From contig JBPGPT010000003.1 in the NCBI GenBank assembly GCA_051047955.1, positions 186,001 through 250,000 on the forward strand: a stretch of DNA of 64,000 bases. Direction: 5' to 3'. Under the pieces are notes generated by a model, which made no database searches, was not told the origin of the DNA, and saw nothing but the letters and a program-made list of their open reading frames with translations. Source of the DNA: Cystobasidiomycetes sp. EMM_F5. Taxonomy: Eukaryota. Below, one piece after another: positions 54,326-64,000 of the stretch; the first letter of the stretch is position 1; each line of letters starts with the position of its first letter. Position numbers and translations under genes: made by a program.

Positions 54326-56251
54326 ATGCAGCTATGCAGCTGTCCATGCATCAGCTCTCGCTGGTCGACCCGTGCTCTTCATGGCTTCCGTGACGTACTG
54401 GCATCATCGAAGCTCGGTTTCGCAGACGCAAGATGGATATCTACGATACAACGTGTTAGGCGGCAGGGAGCAAATGCCATTGAGACGACAAAGCCATCCA
54501 CAAATTCCGCGGCGTCATCACTTCATGGCCGCTCGTTTCGACTGGCAGTCATTGGTGCCGGACCTGCGGGCTTTTACGCTACTTCCAGGGTATTGGGACT
54601 GGCAGAGTCAGACAACGCCAGGGTGGACATGTACGAAGAACTTCCTGTCCCGTTTGGACTCGTGAGATATGGTGTAGCACCGGATCATCCAGAAGTCAAA
54701 GTCAGTGGAGAAATGGTCATGCCCTGCTTTGAGAGTCTCGAAAAACTTCCTTCTGAGACTTGCTTGTTACCACTCGCGTGAGGATAGAACTGCATACATA
54801 AGTTCGAAGATACAGCCCAGGACGCCAGGTTTCGTTATTTCGGGAATGTTCAGGTCGGTGGACCAGCTCAGAAAGCTGAAGAAGCGACATCGCAGTTTCA
54901 AGCTCCGAGTCCAGACCATCGTCCAACTCGCCATGCTCTGTCAATCCCAACCTCCTTTCTTCGACCCTACTATGACGCTATTCTGCTGACGTACGGTGCC
55001 TCTCTCGACCGCTCGCTGGGTCCATCCGTCCAAAACGACAATGCTAATCTAGAGAATGTCATGTCGGCACGGTCCTTCGTACACTGGTACAATGGGCATC
55101 CACATTCACCGATTCATCGTAGTGCGGGCAACTTCGATCTGTCACATCTTCAGCATGCCAGCATCATTGGGCAAGGTAACGTCGCGTTAGACTGCGCTCG
55201 CATCTTGCTCAGTGGGGCCGGGAAGGATACAAGCAACCATTTGCAAAAGACCGACCTCCCGCAGAGTGTTCTCGAATCATTATCGCAGAGCGGTATCAGA
55301 AAAGTCGACATTGTGGGGCGACGAGGTCCGCTGCAGTTTGCCGGAACTACCAAAGAGCTTCGTGAACTGGTCACGTTGGCTTCTGAGGGACAAGACTTTA
55401 CTATGACCCCGGACGACATGCAGCTTGTCGAACAGGGTTTGGCAGAAATGGAACAATTTCAGTCTCGGGGTGGACAGATGGACAACATGCGCATGAAGAA
55501 GCGTCTGCTAGGTCTAATGCAGAAGGCAAGTACTGACACTTCCAATAAAGATACTGCAAAAGGCTGGTCTTTGAGCTTCTGCAAATCGCCCATCGCACTC
55601 TACGGCAGCGAAGGTGCCGATCACGGCCCCGTCAAACGCATCGACTACGAACTGAACGACCTCTCTCCTGCCTCGACGTCAACACTGCACTCTGGAGACG
55701 ATGTAGTAGACCCCTCGCTCTCCCTTGCTCGTGGAACAGGCAGAACAATCACACAAGCAACCGACTTGGTCTTGAAGAGCGTTGGATACCGGTCTATTGG
55801 CATTCAGGATATACCCTTCGACGCACGCAAAGGCGTTGTGACGAATAATGAAGGGAGAGTCCTCGATAAGGATGGTTCTATGGTGCGTTATAGATAAATT
55901 GATCGCTCTTACATTGACCAATTCTAACTGGTCTCCACCTTGTAGATCCCTGGATTGTATGTTTCGGGATGGCTAGCGAGAGGGCCGAACGGAGTCATTG
56001 CAACGACAATGTACAATGCGTTTGACGTGGCCGCCAATATAGTCGACGACTTTATTGCACGGACTCCGCAAGATGCAGCTCAGCGCCCTCCCTTACCAGA
56101 CTTGTGCACGCAAGGCTTCGGTGATCAGCGGATCGTGTCATGGCAAGATTGGCAGGCTATCGATGCGGCTGAGCGAGCCAGGGGCGCGAAGCTTGGCAAG
56201 GAGCGCGAGAAGTTTGTTCGTGTCGACGACATGCTTGCGGTGCTCGGCTGA
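54326..56251 (+). CDS. ARH1: NADPH:adrenodoxin (ferredoxin) oxidoreductase
   Basis: 'VIGAGPAGFY', 'PFGLVRYGVAPDHPEVK', 'IGQGNVALD', 'VGRRGP', 'SVGY', 'YVSGWLARGPNGVIATTM', 'GKEREK'. Confidence 0.95.
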
Positions 56252-56761
56252 GAAGCACGGTGGAAGTGGTAGCGTGAGGCAAGAATCGCACGTTTAGTAC
56301 TGTCTGGCGCAAGTCTTGCTTGCACGACTTTGGTGGCTCGACGGAACACTACTGGACACATCCCGGCCGATAGGAGTAGATTCGCACGAATTATTTCTGT
56401 TAATGGCGAACAGTAGTGTCACTTGCTGCAGCCGGCATACTCTCGAGCAACAAGAAGACTCCCGCACAGCTTGGCTCCACTTGCCGTGGCTTGCTTCTAC
56501 ATACGCCGACTCGTTTGAGAGCACGCACTCGGCTGCACGTCACCGGTTTCGTCACGATGTCAACAATCATCCTCGAGGCACAGGCCAGGCTGATAAATCC
56601 AGCGAAGGCAGCGCCATCTCCGGCTTCTCTAGCATTTGCTGTGCAGGTTGGACATGTCAAAGCCTGAACACAGTTACAACCGTAATCTTTGTTCGTATAA
56701 CGGTTAGTATTTCCGCTTGTCATTTGGCAGCAATGCTATGACTGCGCAAACCGCGGGAGAT
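55984..56761 (+). repeat. Left arm of 778-bp inverted repeat (ARH1 3' end, spacer, tRNA 5' part)
   Basis: Reverse complement of 62080-62857; about 34 substitutions and no indels by manual alignment. Confidence 0.97.
56686..56761 (+). pseudogene. Truncated tRNA-Asp(GTC) lacking the T-arm and 3' acceptor strand
   Basis: Identical to the first 76 nt of the tRNA at 62155-62055, then diverges after '...CGCGGGAGAT'. Confidence 0.88.
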
Positions 56762-56904
56762 GTCGCTGCATGTCACGATTCCAAGCGAAATTTTGCTAAT
56801 ACATTGCACTGAGACTTGTGTACGACAACAGGTACCTGCATTAGTACTTCAGAAACTACCTTGTACCACATGACCACGAAACAGTGAAAAGTCTTATCTT
56901 GTCC

Positions 56905-59900
56905 TCAGCGTCCGGACCATTGCCCTGCCAAAGCAGCGACCCTCCCGCTTCCCTGTACTGGACGGGTTGGCCTTTCTAACAGCGCCTTACGCTGCTCAAT
57001 CTCCTTGCTGTGCGACGTGACCGTTCAATTGCCTCAGCCAGTCATAGCATACACGAGTTAAGTCTATCTGGCTTACGAGAGAGCTTCCTGAATGGAATTA
57101 CTGCGTTTATGGCCATTCAAGGCTGGTGATAATGCTGGCGATGTCGCCTGCTCAGAGGGTGTTACAACAGGCCTTGGAGTCTCCAGCGCTTCAGACGACA
57201 TAGGCGTAGCCTCAGCATTGCCAGGCATTGGGTACATCGGCACCTCGTGAGTGTTCCTACGCATCTCGTGCATCGCAGGAAACGGTGATGAGGCCGAGCT
57301 CTCAGCAATTCTGTCGTCAGCAGGCTGGAGGCGAGCTTCATGCGTTGGGACATGGTCGTCGTGACTAACATCGTCAATGATGCCATCGTAAGGATCGCCC
57401 GAGCTGACTGTACTGTAGCGAGTGGAATTGTTCGGCAGCTCATCTCGCGAAGCGACTTCTGCCTTTTGCGAAGGCGGTTCAGAAGGATGCACGGATGTGA
57501 CTGGAGACGCGGGCATAGATTTGTTTATGGGTGTAGGAGGGAGCGACCGGTCAAGAGCCTGAGCTGGATTGGAGTTTCCTCGGATGTCCGACGAATTCGA
57601 TGCTTCCTGAGCATCTGGATTGCCATGCCCCTGTGTGACATAAGTATCGATAGTACCAGCGAAAGATGGCGCGCGAGGAGTGCTCTGCACAGATTGATGG
57701 GTGGCAAGGTCAGAAAATTCATCGCCTCCATTTTCTCAACACCTACTTGTGGCGGCCGCAAGGACGGCGATGTCGAGGTGAATTGGGCACTTTGCACGGA
57801 TGGCGATAGTGGCGGCCTGATATTTTCAACTGTATCTGCCGTTGGCTGGGTATATTCGCGTCGTCGTCGCGTTCCCTGCCTCATCATGTCAAAAAACGCA
57901 GCTGGGCCCTTGGACGATCTGGGAAGTAGCGAGTTTCGGGTAGTCTTGTGTCCTTCGCGACTCGGGGGTCTTTGATCGCTATGGTTATTCGTAGAGATAC
58001 TGACATATGATCCGTTATCAAGCTCGCCAGGTCCTGATTGAAGGGTTTCGCTGTCCTCCTCCAGCACAGGCGAATGTTGCATGAGGGAAATTTTTTGAGT
58101 TGCACCGCGCTTTGAGAAGACCGAGACGTCGGGATATCGTAAATTAGGAGAGTTGCTGCGCGAGTCGGGCTTAGAATCGAATTTAGTCGACGAGTTGCCT
58201 AGGCCTGCTTGTGCCGAAGTCGGCATTGGCGGCTGCTTTGATTTCTTCCGCACCGACCGCAAGAAGGAAATGCGCCTTGAAGATTTCGGCTTCTGCACAG
58301 CTGATTGTAAAAGTGCAACTTTATACTCAGGTGGAATAGCTTCTTCTACCAGAAACCAAGTATCTTCTGTCCGGTCGTCAACGCCCGGCTGATGCTCGCG
58401 GTCATCAGGTCTGGTCTTGAGCTGTATCAGTGACCAATTTGACTCTTTTACTTCATCTCGTGTCCATCCTGAAGCACACAGGACATCTGCATACACTTCG
58501 AAAAATAGCTTGTCGACCTGTACTGCGCGATCCTCGCTTGGCGTAATGTCGTAATTGAATGGTGGGAGGGCCTTCTCGAGTTTCTTGGCTCTGCTTGCAA
58601 GGAGTTCCCGGTGTTTGGCGGACGAAACGTCATTGGCAGATGTCATCCCGTTTTCCGCAGGATCCAGTAGCAACTCCATCTGCAGCGCGCTCTCCTCCGA
58701 TGTAAATCCAGCGCCTTCGAAGGTAGACCAGTCCATGGTCTTATACTTTCTTCTCCGATTCGCGCGTTCAGTCTCAGTGAGGTCGAACCTTAGCTTGGAC
58801 TCATCGGGAGGAGCGAACCCAGAGTCCATAAAAGATCTCCACTGTTTGTCCACAACACTCTTGAACGTCTGGAGGTCATCAACCGGATCCTCTACACCCG
58901 TGGATCGAATGTTCAGCAAATGGCGGTACCGAGTCGAATATTGAAATGGCGGCGGTTTATTGCTCAACCCGGCATCGCTATAATCAGGGTATGGTGCGAT
59001 CCTTGCCCAGTTGGCAGAGCGTGGCACGTTCCAATTGCTGCCCGATCAGCATTAGCCTAAGCAGTCGACATACCCATGTACAGCAGACTTACCCGGCGGT
59101 TTCGATCAAGTCTTTGGAGTAGAAGCGGACATTTCGCTTAATACGGTATACTTGTAACAACTCTGCACCTAGTGGAGGCTTGTTGACGTTTATTGGCAGT
59201 TGCATGGCGTAATTTTGGACAAGCTCCTGCAGGCGAAGAGGAATGGAAGGTGGAGCTCCTATTCCAGGCTGGATCTGTGTTTGATCGCGGACGTAAGCCA
59301 GTATGAGATGCTCAGTAGCATGAGTGAATCGATTATAGGCAGTGTATGTTTGCTCGAAAGTCTTGTCGTCGGGAAGGCCAAAGATAAAACTGCCGAAGAT
59401 CGAAGCAAGCTTCCGAGCTGTGCAGCCATTTTTTGTCCGGTAAGCAACAGCAGTCGTTAGCAGCGAAAGTATCGTTTCTAAGAGGGTTGCGCTGTGCGTC
59501 GGCAGCAGATACAGCATATGCGTGGTGATGTATCGGGGTGGAAAGTCCCGCTCGCGTTCGCCAAACCGCCAGCGTTCATACATATCCCAACCAATTATGC
59601 CTCGCTGACCTTGTGGGTTCTGGTAACGACCAAGTGCCCATTTGATCATACCTGCGAGATCATGGGGACTTGCAAACTTGATATCTAGGCCAAATATGTG
59701 GTTTTAAGTGAGAACTGAATCGACAGAAGTGCATGCATTCATCTACCTTGAGTCCATGTGCTTCCCAATGTGTAGGCTCTGATGAGTGAAGAAACGCCTT
59801 CTACAGAGATATCGAGAGCCTGCGACCGACATGGCGCATATCAATCTTCAGTCCATAGACGTGATACATCGCATGTGGATGCATACCTGAGTAGAAAACA

Positions 59901-60586
59901 ACAGCGGTTCCGTCATGCCTGACGTTATCGTCCAAGTAGTTAGCATATAGCTCTATGCCATGCAAGACTGACTCACCTCTCATCTTGATCTCCTGACCAC
60001 ACAGCCTGACGATGTCTTCGATCTGTTCAAGCGTCAGGTCGCGCTGCGTTTCGATGGGCCAATAGCCATAGCACAGCTACCGAGGGCATACGTCAGGCGT
60101 TTGTCTTTGGGCTTCGGCCTGAAGAAGGGATCTCACTTGGAGTTCTTCATTGACATTGTCCTTGATGAGCAGCTCGCTCAGCGAAGGGATACTGCCAGTG
60201 CTCATCCGCCGTAAGCCTTTCTTTTCCATTGATGTCGGTGGTGCCGAGCGGCCTGAGAATGCAGAGTATTGCCGTGACCGACCATCAGAGAGAAAGGTGG
60301 GCATAGTATGCGAGTCTGTGCGAGAATTGCCGTTGCGCTTCTCCCCGAACTCGCTTGTGCTTGCTGCGGTGGCGGCGCTGCCAACCTGGTCTTGGGCGAA
60401 CATTTGCGGAACATGGGAGGTAGCTGACTGGTTCGGCTGTGATGTGTGACTGTTGTAAGTCGGAGGTGATATAGCTTGATGTGATTGTTTCGCCTTGAAG
60501 GAAAGGGGTAGTGATGTCGACGCTTTTGATTGAGACGGAGGGGCGCTCTCGCCTTTGCGACGCTTGCCGAAGAGAGACAGGTTCAT
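56905..60586 (-). CDS. RhoGAP-like Msb1/Mug8 (DUF1708)-type protein
   Basis: 'LCGQEIKMR', 'IKWAL', 'WDMYERWRFGERERDFPP', 'NGCTARKLASIFG', 'ATEHLILAYVR', 'WRSFMDSGF'. Confidence 0.75.
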
Positions 60587-60861
60587 AGTGGCAGACGTGA
60601 GGGTCTGTCTAAATATGGGCTACAAGTATATCACGGCGTTGGGGACATTCGCACGTCTTGTCGCCGCATGAACGGACCCTCGCAACCGGGACTGGGACGA
60701 GGCTTAGCTGGATGGAGGCAGAGGACTTAAATGGAGTGTGCAGTCAGCTCTCGGGTCTACAGAGCTATGCATGCATGGTCGTGGAAATCGCAGCAGATCA
60801 TTCTTGTTGGAATGACGAAAACGTGACTTGCGCTCAGGTCAACTTGAGCAAGGGTGAACAT

Positions 60862-61851
60862 ATGCAGGCGGGCGGCAGCGAGAATGACGACGACGACTTC
60901 GGCTTGGGGGACGTCTTTCCTGTGAGCGCTGGTACTTGTTTTGCGATAGACCTCAAGCCCATCTCTGTTGATGCAGGAACAAATTCGGCCACCTTCGCCG
61001 CCAAATGATGTCTCATACTATACGCGCCCGGACGGAGCTCGTCTAGCCATTCGTTTGGTCAACAAGCATCCTCTATGGGTGCGTTGATACTTTTAATGCG
61101 TGGAAGCCATGTTGACTTATGGGTCACCAACCAGGGTCATGTGCTGTATCCTACTTCAAAATGTCTCGCAACTTTTCTGGCAGACAATGCAAAAGAGTAC
61201 ATCGAGGGGAAGCGTGTTCTCGAGCTTGGTGCTGGCGGTGGGCTTCCCAGTCTGATTAGTGCGCTGGAGGGATCGAAAAAGGTACGTCTGGCAGTCTGCG
61301 TCCATATAGCCAGTATTGATAATACTCTACACACAGACTATAGTCACAGACTTTCCGGATCCAGACCTAATACGGAATATCAAGCACAACATTGAGACAA
61401 ACATACCTCTACATCTGCCGTCAAAGATTGTTGCGGAGGGATACACCTGGGGCACGAAAACGGACAACCTGATAGCGCTCAACAATGGACAGCCTTTCGA
61501 TACAATCTTGGCAGCCGATCTCGTTTTCAGTGAGCATCTGAGGGTTTGCGATAGGACATCGGTGCTGATTTCAATCAAGACCATTCGCAGCATTCCGCGC
61601 TACTCAAGACGTGCCAATTGGCTTTGGCTGGGTCTACTTCACCCGCAGTCCTCTTGTTCTACTCGCATCATCGACCGACAACGGAGCTCATTGCTAAAGA
61701 TCGGGCATTCGTTGCGTTGGCGGAGCAGGAAGGCTGGACTGCTGTCAAAGTTCTCGAAGACATCAACGCAGGACCCGCATTCCCGGAAGATGGCGGTGAT
61801 TTGGCAATTAGAAGCACAGTACACGGGTTCCGATTGCAACCACCGCAGTGA
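60862..61851 (+). CDS. Protein N-/lysine methyltransferase, Nnt1/Efm7-like (Methyltransf_16)
   Basis: 'LVNKHPLW/GHVLY', 'VLELGAGGGLPS', 'TDFPDPDLIRN', 'GYTWG', 'FDTILAADLVF', 'YSHHRP'. Confidence 0.88.
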
Positions 61852-62054
61852 TTAGAGGCCCATGCGCATAACCACAACGAGTCTTCGGGCGAAGCCCGCT
61901 CTCAACGCAGCGCTCTCATCGGCACTAGAGAGTGTGCTGAGATATCGAAGGCGGCCGACACTGACGCAACGTGCTGCATGTTAACCACTAGCGAGTCGTT
62001 CAGCAAGCAGGAGTCCGGTCTCCCGACACAACTGTCGGGAGAAGAAGCAAAAAT

Positions 62055-62155
62055 CTCTTTGTCTGGGAATCGAACCCAGATCTCCCGCGGTTTGCGCAGT
62101 CATAGCATTGCTGCCAAATGACAAGCGGAAATACTAACCGTTATACGAACAAAGA
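62055..62155 (-). tRNA. tRNA-Asp(GTC) with a 29-nt intron at position 37/38
   Basis: Acceptor TCTTTGT/ACAAAGA plus G73; D-arm GTAT-AACGGTTA-GTAT; anticodon arm TCCGC-TTGTCA^C-GCGGG; T-arm CTGGG-TTCGATT-CCCAG; followed by a T5 Pol III terminator. Confidence 0.93.
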
Positions 62156-62857
62156 TTACGGTTGTAACTGTGTTCAGGCTTTGACATATCCAACCTGCAC
62201 AGCAAATGCTAGAGAAGCCGGAGATGGCGCTGCCTTCGCTGGATTTATCAGCCTGGCCTGTGCCTCGAGGATGATTGTTGACATCGTGACGAAACCGGTG
62301 ACGTGCAGCCGAGTGCGTGCTCTCAAACGAGTCGGCGTATTTAGAAGCAAGCCACGGCAAGTGGAGCCAAGCTGTGCGGGAGTCTTTTTGCTGCTTGAGG
62401 GTATGCCCGCTGCAGCGAGTGACGCTACTATTCGCCAGTAACAGAGATGGATCGTGCGAATCTACTGCTATCGCCCGAGATGTGTCCTGTAGTGTTCCGT
62501 CGAGCCACCAAAGTCGTGCAAGCAAGACTTGCGCCACGGGGTCCTAACCGGGCGATTATTGCCTCACGATACCACTTCCACCGTGCTTCTCAGCCGAGCA
62601 CCGCAAGCATGTCGTCGACACGAACAAACTTCTCGCGCTCCTTGCCAAGCTTCGCGCCCCTGGCTCGCTCAGCCGCATCGATAGCCTGCCAATCTTGCCA
62701 TGACACGATCCGCTGATCACCGAAGCCTTGTGTGCATAAGTCTGGTAAGGGAGGGCGCTGAGCTGCATCTTGCGGAGTCCGTACAATAAAGTCGTCGACT
62801 ATATTGGCGGCCACGTCAAATGCATTGTACATTGTGGTTGCAGTGACTCCGTTCGGC
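62080..62857 (-). repeat. Right arm of the 778-bp inverted repeat
   Basis: Reverse complement of 55984-56761. Confidence 0.97.
62590..62857 (-). pseudogene. Duplicated 3' fragment of ARH1 (last ~88 codons)
   Basis: 'PNGVTATTMYNAF...VDDMLAVLG*'; 4 synonymous and 2 nonsynonymous differences from ARH1; no 5' portion. Confidence 0.9.
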
Positions 62858-62866
62858 GTTTTTGCT

Positions 62867-63076
62867 AGGCTTCGAGATGTACGAGTATGCGCAGGCTGAC
62901 GCATCGCAAATACCGAAATACATGTTGGTGGAGTCACGCATCTTCGGCCAGCAGAAGTCGCGGTGAAAGATTTCGAGGATTTTGGCGTGGCCCCAACGAG
63001 CTACTTCGATGGAGACGCGTGCCAATTCCAAGATAGCAACCTTGATAGAAATGAAATTTCGGAACAGGACAAGTCC
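62867..63076 (-). mobile_element. Degenerate Ty3/gypsy pol remnant (integrase H2C2 zinc-binding region); may extend to ~63350
   Basis: One frame reads 'GLVLFRNFISIKVAILELARVSIEVARWGHAKILEIFHRDFCWPKMRDSTNMYFGICDASACAYSYISKP', matching the gypsy pattern GLL..R..IL..AHD...GH.G..KTLE...R.F.WP.MR....Y...CD.C......KP. Confidence 0.72.
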
Positions 63077-63372
63077 GGCTTGGGGTACTTGTGTTGGTTG
63101 AGAGCGTCGTGACGGTAGTCATCGTCGGCAACAGCATTTGCGGCAAATGCTGCGATAATTCTTCAAGTGGCAGCGTCACAGCTCAGGCAAGAAGTCATCG
63201 TCAAGCGGACTCGTCGGGAATATTCGAGGCTTTCAAGCGGTCGGAGGGGGGAATTTGATAATTGGAGAAAACGCCAGAAGCACGAAAAGGGCCGGCAGCC
63301 ACCATGACACGTTCATGAAATGTTGATAAATTTCCCATCCTTTCTGTAAATTGAGCGGTGCTTGAACCTGCT

Positions 63373-64000
63373 TCATTGACTGCTCGGAACCTGACACAGC
63401 GCTCGTATTCCGGCCAATGTCGTGGGGAGCCGAGCCAATCCTTCTGCGACTTCTTCACGCCAGCTTGTGAGTCTCTCAGCTTCGTCACGCGTTGCCCATG
63501 TCCGGGTGCGCTCTTGATCCTCAGGCCATTTGTCCTCCAGCTTGTCAACCAAAACGAGCTTGCGTGTCATCTCACATTAGATCCTAGACAGATCCATATA
63601 TAAATGAGGTACTGACTGTGAAATGATATATTGCCCGGGGCACCTCCTCAGCGCTGCGTCCTGCCTTGGCCGAACGCCTATCTGGAACTGGCTCTCCAAG
63701 CGATACGACCGCGCGACCGCGAAAGCCAGCTAAAGAGCAAAGGCCAGACGATATCTTCAGCACCTCAAATAGCCTTGGCACGTTAGCTGACGCCTCACCT
63801 TCTTCCTGTAGGGTTGGCGACATTCTTAGTGATCGCCGACAGACATTTCCACACACCAAATCTACTCACCCAACCTTCGCGCAAGGCGGCCTCCTCCGCA
63901 GTCTCCCCCTTCTCTATCCCACCTTTTGGTAGCACATACCGATCTGCGTGCTTACGCGATGAGCACAGCAGAAATAGTGGCTGCTCGTTCGTAACAAGAT
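63373..64000 (-). CDS. Nudix hydrolase, diphosphoinositol-polyphosphate phosphohydrolase type (Ddp1/Aps1-like); 5' part lies outside the window
   Basis: 'SSRKHADRYVLPKGGIEKGETAEEAALREGW/EE/AGF' is a complete Nudix box after splicing; 'WPEDQERTRTW'. Confidence 0.88.

Noticed and set aside
56316..56741. 107-145 aa ORFs present in both repeat arms (also 62100-62537)
   Set aside because: They recur only because the DNA is duplicated; they overlap the tRNA and show no domain or coding-like substitution pattern
56762..62079. Mating-type flip-flop locus
   Set aside because: No homeodomain, HMG, pheromone or receptor gene lies inside or beside the segment; STE24 is 15 kb away and is a housekeeping gene
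55984..62857. RIP-like mutation of the duplicate
   Set aside because: About 15 of 34 differences are transversions and the transitions go in both directions
62080..62857. Pure assembly artefact
   Set aside because: The arms differ at ~4% of sites and each joins a different biologically coherent flank; not fully excluded without reads
61988..62878. Helitron capture of the ARH1 fragment (A|TC ... hairpin ... CTAG|T on the minus strand)
   Set aside because: The hairpin is ~27 nt from CTAG, farther than typical; the termini are short enough to occur by chance; and it would not explain why the left tRNA copy is the truncated one

Overview
Eukaryotic DNA from a very gene-dense, intron-rich fungus: short GT-AG introns of about 50-70 nt with CTRAY-like branch points. 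The protein families look basidiomycete, possibly a compact Pucciniomycotina genome such as Mixia, but I cannot confirm the taxon from sequence alone. About 30 mostly housekeeping genes are recognisable after manual splicing. The most unusual structure is at the right end: a 778-bp inverted duplication (55984-56761 vs 62080-62857, about 34 mismatches by hand count, no indels) flanks a 5.3-kb two-gene segment. The left copy holds the real 3' end of ARH1 plus a tRNA-Asp gene lacking its T-arm. The right copy holds only the ARH1 tail, but there the intron-containing tRNA-Asp(GTC) is complete. The right outer breakpoint abuts a decayed Ty3/gypsy integrase remnant, and the mismatches are patchy, as expected from gene conversion. 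Both orientations of the segment would keep one intact ARH1 and one intact tRNA. Other points: an EZH2-like gene with NHS changed to NTG, a 7-nt microexon encoding the Nudix-box EE, a 7-exon CENP-S gene missed by the ORF track, and orphan secreted-type genes. Gene boundaries come from manual splicing and are approximate.
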